The translations under genes and the position numbers were made by a program. This document shows, one piece after another, positions 12,665-24,794 of a stretch of 32,893 bases of DNA. The notes under the pieces were generated by a model. It was given only the letters and a program-made list of their open reading frames with translations, was not told the DNA's origin and did not search any database. Position 1 is the first letter of the stretch; each line of letters begins with the position of its first letter. Source of the stretch: Chiloscyllium plagiosum (taxonomy: Eukaryota); contig NW_025213411.1 of NCBI RefSeq assembly GCF_004010195.1, positions 1-32,893 of the forward strand, given 5' to 3'.

Positions 12665-13680
12665 GTAGTGAGTTTGGAGAAGATTTGTCGCACAGGTTGA
12701 GGTTCTCGTTGTAAGTTTCCTCACTGAGCTGGGAGATTTGCTTTCAGACATTTCATCACCATACTAGGCAACATTATCAGTGAGCCTCCGGTGAAGCACT
12801 GGTGTTATGGCCCACTTTATATTGATGCGCTTAGGTTTCCTTGGGTTGGTGATGTCATTTCCTGTGGTGATGTCATTTCCTTGTCTTTTTTCAGAGCATG
12901 GTAGATGGGATCAAAATCGATGTGTTTGTTGATAGAGTTCCAGTTCAAATGCCATGCTACTGGGAATTCTCTGTTTGGCTTGTCGTAGGATGGATGTGTT
13001 ATCCCAGTCAAAGTGGTGTCTTTTCTTATCTGTACATAAGGCTACTAGTGATAGAGGGTCATGTCTTTTTGTGGCTAGGGCATGTTCATGTATCATGGTG
13101 GCTAGTTTTCTACCTGTGTGTCCACTGTAGGGTTTGTTACAGTTCTTGCAAGATGTTTTGTAAATGATGTTTGTTTTGTTTTTTTTGTCTGGAGACGGTC
13201 TTTCAAGTTTATTAGCTGCTGTGCTAGTGGGTTAGTGGGCTACCATGATGCTAAGACGCCTGAGTAGTCTGGCACTACATTGGACAAACAGGCAGAAAAC
13301 TAGCCTCCAGAATACATGAACATCAACTCGCCACAAAAAGACATGACCTACTATCTTAGATACAGATGAGGAAGACACCACTTTGACTGCGACAACACAT
13401 CTATCCTAGCACAAGCCAAAAAGAAATGACACAAAAATTCCTAAAAGCATCACATTTCAACTGGAACTCTCTCAACAAACACATTGATTTGGATCCCATC
13501 TACCACCAATGACATCAACACAGGAAATGATATCGCCAAACCAAGGAACCTGAAACACAACAATAGAAAGTGGACCATAACACTCGGCCTTCACTGGAGG
13601 CTCACTGATGATGTTACCAAGCGTCGTGATGAAAAGTCTAAAAACGAATCTTCAAGCTCAGCAAGCAAACTTACATCGAA
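12665..13680. mobile_element. Penelope-like element: inverted pair of 3' (GIY-YIG/pLTR) fragments
   Basis: Plus strand from 13276 reads YIGQTGRKLASRIHEHQLATKRHD; minus strand reads IHEHALATKRHD..HHFDWDNTSIL. Flanked by agtttagtt (12656-12664) and agtttaatt (13681-13689); absent from the paralog at ~31432. Confidence 0.88.
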
Positions 13681-14994
13681 AGTTTAATTTTGACACTGTT
13701 GAAGATTCGTTTGTTACAATATGTGTAGATGTATTGGGGATGAGGTTATAATGATTAATTGTCAGGATACGAATGGATGTGAGAATGAATAAAAGGATGA
13801 GGGAATGTGGGGCGAATGAATGCAGAGTGAACCTGGTGACTGAGACGCTGAATTCAGACACCTTCAGGTCACACGGCAGCCAGAACTCCTCTTCATTGCT
13901 GTAAAGAAAACAGGCTGCTGCAGTTCCTCATCTGGGGCAATTGTTGAAAAGGCTGTGTGTTCTTATGACTAAAAGTGAGGGCAGGGGCTGATTTTGTGCG
14001 ATCGAACAATTGGATAAATGACACCGGTTCTATTATATCGCTCCATTGCTGGCAAGAAAAACGCAGTGCTGTAGTAAATCAGGATTTGTGTTCAATCATG
14101 GAGTGGGAAGCAGCAGGTTGACTGAATGTCAGCGATATTCCAGTTGACTGTGAGAATCGCAGCAGCGAGACACAGACAGCTTTCATCTGACTGATCTCCC
14201 ACGTGGATCAACAGTTGCTGCAAAGTGAGGGTGGCATCGCCCACCTTTGGAAATAATGCATATCAAGGGCGCGATTTTATTTGCGGCCTTCTCTAAGAAC
14301 ATATACCCGGTAGTAAGGATACCGAGAACCGGCTTGTCTTGCGACTTCGACTTAAACCCGGGAATAGCGAATGTTACTGCTCTCCCTCTCTCTCTTTCTC
14401 TCCCGTTCTCGCTGATATTGCAACATGAGGGAACATAAGGTGACAATTGCAGGGTTGCACGATTTTGCGGGAGAGATATTGGCAGAAGTGAATGAATGAA
14501 TGGATGACGCATAGGGGAAGGAGCCGGGAGGCAGCTTGAACGCTTGGTGGTTGCAATGGAAGTTTCGGCAATGTGAGCAATGGAGAATTCGGGCAGGAAA
14601 ATGAAGAGAGTTTTGCGCTCTCTGCTGGCCGTGGCTGGTAGGATTGTGTAAAGTGGAGATTTTCTCAGAACAGTAGGTGCTGTGAACAGCAGGGAGCAGT
14701 AAAAGAGAAGTGAATATTGAGGAGAGGTAGAAAAGGGCAGTGTGGGAAGTGTGAGGTAATGACTGAGAGAGTGTGTTTGGGTGAGTGTGGAGGACTTGTA
14801 GAGAGATTCGATTGTTGTAAAATGTGTGGATTCGTTGTTGACTTTGTAAAGATTGGTTATCGTGAGAGTGAATAAACGCGGCGGGCGTAGGGGGTGGAGG
14901 GAGTGAGTGGGGAAGGAAGGAAGCAGGATTGAGACATCGAGATTGTTTGCACTGATGCCAAAAGATGGGAATGCCGCAAGGTAAAGAATGGTGT

Positions 14995-15292
14995 AAAAGA
15001 CTGCGTCTCACTGTATTGGTCAGGCTGCACTGCTGCATCCATTCACGGGTGCTATCCCACTACTGAGCAGTGCGGGGGCTTTGACCTGCTCCGTTTCCGA
15101 CCTGGGCCGGTTCACCCCTCTGCAGCACACCTGGTACACCCGAGTTCCCCGAGGAGCACCATGTGGACACTGCCCTGAGTGTGGGCACCCAATCGACACA
15201 GACCACAACAGCCCAGAACTCGCAACCTCAAGTCATCCGGCAGCCTCAGCCTCCCAGCAGCGGGATTACAGGCGCGCGCCACAGCCCCCGGC
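14995..15292 (-). ncRNA. RN7SL: 7SL/SRP RNA gene copy 3, full length (298 nt including TTTT)
   Basis: 5' GCCGGG, TGTAA Alu-domain motif, GGAA helix-6 loop, helix 8 CCCAGGTCGGAAACGGAGCAGG, AGTAGTGGGAT, Pol III TTTT terminator. Confidence 0.95.
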
Positions 15293-15386
15293 GATCGCGT
15301 GACGCTTCCCTCAGTTGCCTTCAGTTCAAACGGCAGCAACAGCTCCACTGCAGACATTGCTGCAAAGACAACAGGCGGACGCAGTT
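15293..15386 (-). promoter_or_regulatory. Conserved upstream block of 7SL copy 3
   Basis: Same ~94-bp block as copies 1, 4 and 5; a CR1 3' end begins just beyond it. Confidence 0.5.
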
Positions 15387-15389
15387 TCA

Positions 15390-17210
15390 CAGAGAGTCAT
15401 CGAGTCATGCAGTACGGAAACAAACCCTTCAGCCCAATCACTCTGTGCCGAACATAATCTCAAACTAAACTCGCCGTAGCTCACTGCTACTGGTCCAGAT
15501 CCAAACTTTCCCTTTTCATGTACTTACCCAAATATCTTTTAAACATTGTAACGGTTCCCACATCCATCAGTTCCTCAGGAACTTCATTCCACTGGCTAAC
15601 CCCCACCCTCTATGGAAAAAAAGATGCCCCTCATGGCTTTTTTAACTCTCGCACTTCTGCCCTTAAAATGTGCCCCCTCTCCTGAAATCCCCCATCCGAG
15701 GAAAATAGACAACTATTCTTCAACCTATCTATACCCTTCATTATTTTATTTTATAAACGTCCATAAGGTTTCCACTTGACCTGCTACTCTCCAGTGTAAA
15801 AGGTTCCAGCCTATCGCTTCACTTCACTTCAGCTCTGATGTAGATTCATCGAGATTCATAACACGAGCTTGCTTTCTCTCCATCGACCATTGTGATCTCC
15901 AACACTTTTTGTTTCCTGTTACAGATTCCAGCATCTGCAGTAATTTGTTCCTACCCAGTCTATCCAGCCTTTCTTTACAGCTCAAACTTTCCATACCTGG
16001 CAAAATCCAGTAAACCTCTTCTGAATTCCTCCAGCTTAAAAATATCCTTCCTATTACTTGGCAAACAGAACTGAACACTATATTCCAGAAGATGTCTCAC
16101 CAATGTCCTGCCCAAACACAACGTGACTTTTCAACGCCTATACTCAAAGGATTGAGCAATGAAGGCACAGCGTGCAAAATGTCTCTTGAACCACCCTGTC
16201 TATATGTGATGGAAACTTCAAGGAATGGTGTACCTGAACCCATTGGCCTCTCTGTTCTACCAACACTACTTGTGTATAAACACAACCAAGGCCCTACTTT
16301 TGGTTGTGCCCTATGTGTCCTACCCTTATTTGTTGAACCCAAATGCAATACCTTCCATTTATCCAGACTGAACACCATCTGCCATTTATGAACCCATTGA
16401 CCCATTTGAACAAGGTCCCTTTGTAATCTTAGGAAACTTATTTCACTGGCTACCAAACTAGCACTTTTGGTGCTGTCTGCAAGCTGACTAACCATGCCTT
16501 CTATATGCTCATCCAAATCATTCATATAGATGACAAACAAAAGATTTCCCAGAACCGATCCTTGTGGAACACTCTGGTGACAGGCCTTCAATCTGAAAGC
16601 AACCCTCAACCACTAGTCTCTTACTCCTTCCATTAAGCCAGTAATGCGTCCAATTGGCAAGCTCAATCTTGTGATCTAACTTTACTAATTAGTCTATAAT
16701 GTGGAACCTTGTCAAAAGTTCTACTAAAGTCCAAGTAAACAATATGTACTGCTCTGCCTTCATCAATCGTTTTGGTAACTTCTTCAAAACTGCAAGCATG
16801 TTTGTGAAAAATTAGTTTTCTCACACAAAGCCACGCTGACTATCCCGAATCAATTTATGTCTCTCTAAATGTCCATAAAGTTTATGTTTTAAAATCACCT
16901 CCATCAATCTACCCACAACCAAAGTCAGACAGGCCAATAGTTCCCGGCTTTCTCCTTGAAACATTTCTTTAGCAAATCTTGGAAAAAATGTCTACTCCTA
17001 TCTCTCCAAACCTTTGCTATTCACATATTAACCTACGTGTCTTTTAAACATTGCAATTGTGCTCAACATTCAGGATTTCCTCAGGAAGTTCATTCCACAT
17101 GTGAATCACCTTCTGTGTAAAAATAAATTGCCCCTCATGTCTTTTTAAAATCTCCCTCCTCTCACCTTAAAAATATATCCCCTGTTCTTGAAACTCCCCC
17201 ATCCTAGGTC
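15390..17210 (-). mobile_element. Decayed CR1 fragments (RT and 3' end), interrupted by a short repeat at ~15830-15950
   Basis: VPQGSVLGNLLFVIYMNDL, QLADSTK, LQRDL..WVHKWQMVFSLDK on the minus strand; a second 3'-region fragment at ~17000-17210. Confidence 0.85.
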
Positions 17211-17264
17211 TCACTCATGTCCTGAACAACCTCAACATGACAACACTCAAAGTATAGACAACCA

Positions 17265-18075
17265 CATATGTCCCAGGCTATGCTTGTGCCTTTGGTGGTA
17301 TTTGGAACATGGAAAAGATGAGGACTTCTCATTCCTGATGAAGGGCTTATGCCTGAATGTCAATTCTCCTGCTCCTCGGATGCTGCCTGACCAGCTGTGC
17401 ATTTCCAGCATCACACTGACCAGCTGTGCTTTTCCAGCATCACACTCTCAACTCAGTATGTGAAACATGCCTTGTTGTGTTTCTATTCCGAGACTACCAA
17501 CAACTCTTTATCTGATATATCGATGATGTCATACCTGTGCCTATCCCTAATTATGACACTCACCAGCCAGTTGTTTGCCTTTTCACTTAAACCATCATGT
17601 TCCCATGCTAAAATTCCCATCCTGGGTGTGCTATAGTGTTGTATTAATGTTCAATGTGAACTGGAGGAACAACATCACATTTTCATGTCACATCTCCCTA
17701 TGCTAGCCCTGACATTGAGTCAACAAACTTCACAGCATGACATCTACCCCTCCAGTTGGTTTAGAAATGGACTCCTTCCTTCACCTCCATTGCTTTTTTT
17801 ATAAAAATGTATCGTGTTGTTTCACTCTCAACAGAATAGATTTTCTTTCTCTCTTTTGCACCCAGTATCTCCATGCATTTTACATTTCTATCTCACTTTT
17901 ACTAACATTACCACTCTTTTTGTCTCCTGCTCTGAGCACCATTACCATTTATTCTACTTAATGTTTCTCCCACTCTCTCAACAGCATAAAAATGTTTAAA
18001 TTCCAAGACTGTTCAGTTCTGAAGAAAACATTTCAGACTCAAAATGTTAATGCTGTTTGTTTTTCCATGTCATGT
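17265..18075 (+). mobile_element. Highly decayed Penelope-like remnants, including a short hammerhead-like repeat (17335-17450)
   Basis: 17560-17690 translates with frameshifts to HQPV..SHAKIPILGVL..ELEEQHHIF, resembling a PLE GIY-YIG C-terminus; CTGATGA-AGGGC-TTAT-GCCT-GAAT at 17335 and CTGAAGA at ~18019. Confidence 0.4.
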
Positions 18076-18156
18076 ATGCAGCTGGACTTTGTCAGTTGCA
18101 AGTGGTGACAACAGCTCCACTGCAGTCACTGTGTAAGTCGAGCAGGCTGTTGCACT

Positions 18157-20210
18157 TGATTTGATGTGATTTATCGTTGTCACACATACCTAAGTGCAGT
18201 TGAAAGTTGTGTTTTGTGTACAGAATAAGCAGATCATAGGGTGATTGAACAGAGCAAGGCAGAGAAAGTTCTGGCAGCAAGGAGAGTACAAAAAGAGATC
18301 GCCATTAGATTTGAAATTTGAGAGACCCATTCGAGAGACGAATAACAGCGAGTAAAAATTTGTTCTTGAACCCACTGGTATGTGCGTTTAAGCTTTTGTA
18401 TCTTCTGCGTGATGGAAGAGGTTGGGAGAGATTATTACCAGGATTGGAGGTGTCGCTGTTGACGTTCGCTGCCATTCCGGAACTACAGTATACGTAGAGG
18501 GAGTCCATGGCTTGTGTGATTGTCTGGGCTGCTCACATAACTTTCTGTAGGTTCTTATGGCCATGGGTAGAGCAATTACCGTACCAGGCCATGATTTAGC
18601 TGGGTAGAAAGCTTTCTATGATGCATTTATAAGAGTTAGTGAGGGTCCTTACAGACATGCTGAATTTCATAAGCGTTCAGAGGAAGAAGAGGCATTGTTG
18701 TGCCTTCTTGATTATCACACCTCTGTGGGAGGTTCAGTGCAGGTTGCTGGTTATCATCACTCCAAGGAATTTGACGCTATCGACCCTCTCCACCTCAGCT
18801 CCATTGTTGTAAGTAGGGTCATGTTCTTCTTCTTTCTTCCGGAGGTCGATGATCAAGCTCCTTAGTTTTGCCCACCACTTTGGAGGAGAGCTCGTTACCT
18901 TTGCATCACAAGATCAAGCATCCTATCTTCTTTCTGTATACTTACTCATGGTTGTCTGATATCTGTCATACAATGGTAGTGTTTTCAGTGAACTTGGAAA
19001 TGGCATTCGGATGAAATTGTGCCACATAGTCCCGAGTGTACAGGGAGTGCAGTAGGAGCTTGAGTACATATTCTTGGGAGGCGCCGTTGTTGAGGCGCAT
19101 CGCAGAGGAGGTGATTTTATCTTTCTTTACTGACTGCAGTCTATGGGTCAAGAGGTTGAGGATCCTGTTGCAGATAGCAGACCCAAGACCTAGGTCTCAG
19201 AGTTTGGAGGTTAGTTTGGTTGGTATTATAATGTTGAAGGTGGAGCTGTAATCAATAAGTAGAAGCCTGACACAGGTATCTGTATTATTCAGATGTTCGT
19301 CGAATGAGTGCAGGATGAGAAAAATGGCATCTACCGTGGACCTGTTGCACTGGTAGGCAGATTGCAAGGGATTGAGGCAGGCTGGGGGTCTAGGGTTGAT
19401 GTGATCCATGACTAACCTCTCAAAGGACTTTGTAAATATGGAAGTCAGAGGCATCAAGCGGTAGTCATTGAGACACATTGCATGTGCTTTCTTTGGTACC
19501 AGAATAATGGAAGCAGTTGGGGACTTCAGATTGTAACAACGAGGGGTTAAAGATGTCAGAAAGTTCTCTCGCTAGCTGGTCTGCACAGGATCTAAGTGCA
19601 TGGCTGGGGACTCCATCCGGACAAGTTGCTTTCCTTGGGTTCACTCTCAAGAAGGCGATCTGACATCTGCAGCAGCGACTGGAGGAATAGGAAGATCTGG
19701 GGTTGTTGGGGGCAGGTGGTACCATTCCATTGGCATTCTATTTGAACGGATTGTAAAAAGAAGATCAGGGAAGGCTGTGTTTTTCTCTGCTATTCTGTTC
19801 TGCTTCAATTTGCATCCTGTTATGCTGTGCAGGCCTTGTGACAGGCGATGGGTGTCCATTTGGTTAGTTTGGGTCTCTAACGTAGTCCTGTACTGCCTCT
19901 TGGCATCTGTAATAGCCTTGCAGAGGTTGTATCTAGAATTGTTATGAAAGTCTGAGTCATTCAACTTGAATGCCACATGCCCGGTCTTCAGTAGGCAATG
20001 GATATCCCAGTTCATACAAGGTTTCTGGTTGATGAACGCACTGATTTTCTTCTTTGACACACAGCCGTCGAAACATATGCCAATCACGTCTGTGACGGTG
20101 ACAGCATACTTGGCTAGGATGACTGCTGAACTCTGAAATATGGTTCAGCCCAACGATTCCAAGCAGTGCCACGGAAGCCCTTCTGCAGCTTCAGACCAGC
20201 ACTGTCCTAC
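18157..20210 (-). mobile_element. Rex1/Babar-clade LINE, decayed RT region plus 3' end
   Basis: NQKPCMN..CKAITDAKRQY, RKATCPDGVP..LRSCADQLA..DIFNPSL, CLNDYRLMPLTS..KSFERLV, LNPLQSAY..NRSTVDAI, LLIDYSSTFNII, KFTENTTIV; (atcaa)-like tail. Confidence 0.9.
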
Positions 20211-21376
20211 TTTCTGTGCTTGGTCCTCAAGTTTCAGATTCTGCTTATAAACTGGGAGCAGGAACACAGTGCTGTGATCTGATTTTCAAAAGTGTATTTG
20301 TGGTATGGGGTGGTAGGCATTGTTGGTGGTTCAGTAGCAATGGTTCAACATCTGTTGCGGAAGCTTCTATGTTACATGCTCTTGTGACTGTAAGGGAAGG
20401 CAGTCGCATGATTTTGTGTGATAGAACCCTTGAACAAATTACACCTCTGCTACTATATTGCTCCATTCCAGCAATGGCCAGGATATGTTTTCAATATTAG
20501 AGTGGGAAGCAGAAGACTGAATACCGGTGGCATTCAAGTGGAGTGCGAGAATATCAGCAGAGAGGAACAGAGAACTTTCTTCTAACCGATCTGCCACTTG
20601 GACCACCGCCAGTTGTAAAGTGAGGCCAGTAAGGCCCCCGTTCTTGGAAATAACGTGCATCTCGGCTGCTATTATTTCTCGCTGTCTTGTGTAAGACCTC
20701 ATACTCGGAAGTGAGGAGATGGAAAAATGGGCTGTTGGTCAACTTGATTGTGGCATCATGGAAATGCCAGTCTTGCTGCCTCTTTCTTTCTCTCTCGTAA
20801 CTACAGCATGAGAGAAGTTAGAATGAGAGTTCAAGTGTTGCACAGTTTTGCAGGAGAATCATTTGCCGAAGTGAATGAATGAATGGATGACGGAGAGGGG
20901 AAAGAGCCGGGAGGCAGCTTGAACTCTTGGTGGTTGCAATGGAAGTTTCGGCAATGTGAGCAATGGAGAATTCGGGCAGGAAAATGCAGAGAGTTTTGCG
21001 CTCTCTGCTGGCCGTGGCTGGTAGGATTGTGTAAAGTGGAGATTTTCTCAGAACAGTAGGTGCTGTGAACAGCAGGGAGCAGTAAAAGAGAAGTGAATAT
21101 TGAGGAGAGGGAGAAAAGGGCAGTGTGGGAAGTGTGAGGTAATGACTGAGAGAGTGTGTTTGGGTGAATGTGGAGGACTTGTAGAGAGATTCGGTTGTTG
21201 TAAAATGTGTGGATTTGTTGTGACTTTGTAAAGATTGGTTATCGTGAGAGTGAATAAACGTGGCGGGCGTAGGGGGTGGAGGGAGTGAGTGGGGAAGGAA
21301 GGAAGCAGGATTGAGACATCGAGATTGTTTGCACTGATGGCAAAAGATGGGAATGCCGCAAGGTAAAGAATGGTGT

Positions 21377-21674
21377 AAAAGACTGCGTCTCACTGTATTG
21401 GTCAGGCTGCACTGCTGCATCCATTCACAGGTGCTATCCCACTACTGAGCAGTGCGGGGGCTTTGACCTGCTCCGTTTCCGACCTGGGCCGGTTCACCTC
21501 TCTGCAGCACACCTGGTACACCTGAGTTCCCCGAGGAGCACCATGTGGACACTGCCTTGAGTGTGGGCACCCGATCGATACAGACCTCAACAGCTCAGAA
21601 CTCCCAACCTCAAGTCATCCGGCAGCCTCAGCCTCTCAGCAGCGGGATTACAGGCGCGCGCCACAGCCCCCGGC
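21377..21674 (-). ncRNA. RN7SL: 7SL/SRP RNA gene copy 4, full length, with clustered G>A changes (possibly impaired)
   Basis: Same landmarks as copy 3, helix 8 and TTTT intact; seven private substitutions in 21499-21636. Confidence 0.92.
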
Positions 21675-21768
21675 GATCGCGTGACGCTTCCCTCAGTTGC
21701 CTTCAGTTCAAACGGCAGCAACAGCTCCACTGCAGACATTGCTGCAAAGACAACAGGCGGACGCAGTT
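21675..21768 (-). promoter_or_regulatory. Conserved upstream block of 7SL copy 4
   Basis: Matches 15293-15386 with no difference seen by eye. Confidence 0.5.
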
Positions 21769-21771
21769 TCA

Positions 21772-24478
21772 CAGAGAGTCATCGAGTCATGCAGTACGGA
21801 AACAAACCCTTCAGCCCAACCACTCTGTGCCGAACATAATCTCAAACTAAACTCGCCGTAGCTCACTGCTCCTGGTCCAGATCCAAACTTTCCCTTTTCA
21901 TGTACTTACCCAAATATCTTTTAAACAGTGTATCGGTGCCCACATCCATCAGTTCCTCAGGAACTTCATTCCACTGGCTAACCCCCACCCTCTATGGAAA
22001 AAAAGATGCCCCTCATGTCTTTTTTAACTCTCGCACTTCTGCCCTTAAAATGTGCCCCCTCTCCTGAAATCCCCCATCCGAGGAAAAAGACAACTACTCT
22101 TCATCCTATCTATACCCTTCATTATTTTATTTTATAAACGTCCATAAGGTTTCCACTTGACCTGCTACTCTCCAGTGTAAAAGGTTCCAGCCTATCGCTT
22201 CACTTCACTTCAGCTCTGATGTAGATTCATCGAGATTCATAACACGAGCTTGCTTTCTCTCCATCGACCATTGTGATCTCCAACACTTTTTGTTTCCTGT
22301 TACAGATTCCAGCATCTGCAGTAATTTGTTCCTACCCAGTCTATCCAGCCTTTCTTTACAGCTCAAACTTTCCATACCTGGCAAAATCCAGTAAACCTCT
22401 TCTGAATTCCTCCAGCTTAAAAATATCCTTCCTATTACTTGGCAAACAGAACTGAACACTATATTCCAGAAGATGTCTCACCAATGTCCTGCCCAAACAC
22501 AACGTGACTTTTCAACGCCTATACTCAAAGGATTTGAGCAATGAGGCACAGCGTGCAAAATGTCTCTTGAACCACCCTGTCTATATGTGATGGAAACTTC
22601 AAGGAATGGTGTACCTGAACCCAATGGCCTCTCTGTTCTACCAACACTACTTGTGTATAAACACAACCAAGGCCCTACTTTTTATTAATGACTTGGATGA
22701 GGGAGTCGAAGGGTGGGTCTGTAAATTTGCAGATGATACGAAGATTGGTGGAGTTTTGGATTGTGAGGAGGGCTGTTGTCGGCTGCAAAGAGACTTAGAT
22801 ATGATGCAGAGCTGGGCTGAGGAGTGGCAGATGGAGTTCAACCCTGCCAAGTGTGAGGTTGTCCATTTTGGAAAGACAAATAAGAAAGCGGAATACTGGG
22901 TTAACGGTAGGGTTCTTAGTGAGGTGGAGGAACAGAGGGATCTTGGGGCCTGTGTTCATAGATCTTTGAAAGTTGCCACTCAGGTGGATTGAGCTTGTAA
23001 GAAGGCCTATGGTGTATTAGCGTTCATTAGCAGAGGGATTGAATTCAAGAGTCGTGAAATGATGTTGCAACTGTACAGGACTTTGGTTAGGCCACATTTG
23101 GAGTACTGTGTGCAGTTCTGGTCGCATCACTTTAAGAAAGATGTGGAAGCTTTGGAGAGGGTGCAGAGAAGATTTACCAGGATGTTGCCTGGAATGGAGA
23201 ATAGGTCGTACGAGGATAGGTTGAGAGTGCTAGGCCTTTTCTCGTTGAACGGCGATGGATGAGGGGTGACTTGATAGAGGTTTATAAGATGATCAGAGGA
23301 ATAGATAGAGTAGACAGTCAGAAACTTTTTCCCCGGGTGCAACAGAGTGTTACAAGGGGACATAAATTTAAGGTGAAGGGTGGCAGATATAGGGGAGATG
23401 TCAGTCGTGGGCTCTTTACCCAGAGAGTGGTGTGGGCATGGAATGCGCTGCCTGTGGGAGTGGTAGAGTCAGAATCTTTGGTGACCTTTAAGCCGCAATT
23501 GGATAGATACATGGATGGGTGCTTAAGCTAGGACAAATGTTTGGCACAACATCATGGGCCGAAGGGCCTGTTCTGTGCTGTATTGTTCTATGTTCTATGT
23601 TCTATGTTTTCGTTGTCCCCTATGGGTCCTACCCTTATTTGTTGAACCCAAATGCAATATCTTCCATTTATCCAGACTTAACACCATCTGCCATTTATGA
23701 ACCCATTGACCCATTTGAACAAGATCCCTTTGTAATCTTAGGAAACCTATTTCACTGGCTACTACGCTACCACTTTTGGTACTGTCTGCAAGCTGACTAA
23801 CCATGCCTTCTATTTGCTCATCCAAATCATTCATATAGATGACAAACAAAAGATTACCCAGAACCGATCCTTGTGGAACACTCTGGTGACAGGCCTTCAA
23901 TCTGAAAGCACCCCTCAACCATTAGTCTCTTTCTCCTGCCATTAAGCCAATAATGCATCCAATTGGCAAGCTCAATCTTGTGACCTAACTTTACTAATTA
24001 GTCTATAATGTGGAACCTTGTCAAAAGTTCTACTAAAGTCCAAGTAAACAATATCTACTGTTCTGCCTTCATCAATCGTTTTGGTAACTTTTTCAAAACT
24101 GCAAGCATGTTTGTGAGAAATTATTTCTCTCACACAAAGCCACGCTGACTATCCCGAATCAATTTATGTCTCTCTAAATGTCCATAAAGTTTATGTTTTA
24201 AAATCACCTCCATCAATCTACCCACAACCAAAGTCAGACAGGCCAATAGTTCCCGGCTTTCTCCTTACAACATTTCTTAAGCAAATCTAGGAAAAAATGT
24301 CTACTCCTATCTCTCCAAACCTTTGCTATTCATATATTTACCTCGGTGTCTTTTAAACATTGCAATTGTGCTCAACATTCAGGATTTCCTCAGGAAGTTC
24401 ATTCCACATGTGAATCACCTTCTGTGTAAAAATAAATTGCCCCTCATGTCTTTTTAAAATCTCCCTCCTCTCGTCTTA
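21772..24478 (-). mobile_element. Duplicated decayed CR1 fragments (paralog of 15390-17170), split by a younger CR1
   Basis: VPQGSVLGNLLFVIYMNDL at 23595-23918; colinear with the first copy. Confidence 0.85.
22681..23606 (+). mobile_element. Younger 5'-truncated CR1 insertion
   Basis: FINDLDEGVEGWVCKFADDTK..LVRPHLEYCVQFW..; (ttctatg)3 tail; empty site at ~16298 (ctacttttggttgt); possible TTTT target duplication. Confidence 0.95.
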
Positions 24479-24721
24479 AAAATCCTTTCAAGGAGCTGAC
24501 TTTCACCCGCAGAGAAAAAAACGTCAACGCCGCTGGCGTTTCCCCTCGCCGCACAGCTCGACTTTCTTCCCACGCTGCACCGTGAAATGGCGGGACCGGC
24601 CTGTCGCTCACGCTTGAAGCTTTGATCGGGACCACTCTCAGGGAGGCGGCGTCCGCCAACGGTATTCCGTCTGCTGCAGACCAGCCGAGTGAGAGGTTGC
24701 ACTTGCGATTTTAAAAGGAAG

Positions 24722-24794
24722 TGGAGAATGCGGGTATCAATCCAGCTACCTCTCGCATACAGAGCAAGTGCTCTACCATTTGAGCTAATCCCCC
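24722..24794 (-). tRNA. tRNA-Ala-type gene, probable pseudogene (anticodon position reads TGT)
   Basis: Reverse complement GGGGGATTAGCTCAAATGGTAGAGCACTTGCTCTGTATGCGAGAGGTAGCTGGATTGATACCCGCATTCTCCA (73 nt): vertebrate tRNA-Ala(AGC)-like body with G3:U70 and TTTT 6 nt downstream; U33>C, T-stem mismatch and damaged B box. Confidence 0.88.

Larger units (their letters stand above)
11830..15386. repeat. 7SL unit (copy 3); inverted paralog of 29759-32235
   Basis: Colinear inverted matches, e.g. 11925-11965 with 32105-32150, 12540-12620 with 31473-31555, 13690-13740 with 31380-31432. Near-identical only within ~550 bp downstream of the 7SL. Confidence 0.9.
14445..17172 (+). repeat. Recent direct segmental duplication with ~20830-24482
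   Basis: Near-identical text over ~2.7 kb (ORF-track peptides 15824-16078 and 22205-22459 are identical); the second copy has an extra CR1 insertion. Confidence 0.95.

Noticed and set aside
14352..15038. 200-228 aa ORFs (MQQCSLTNTVRR...) repeated at 14352, 20818 and 30107
   Set aside because: They start inside the 7SL 3' end, are low-complexity (H/S/L/P/T), and copy 4 is frameshifted. Recurrence is explained by DNA duplication.
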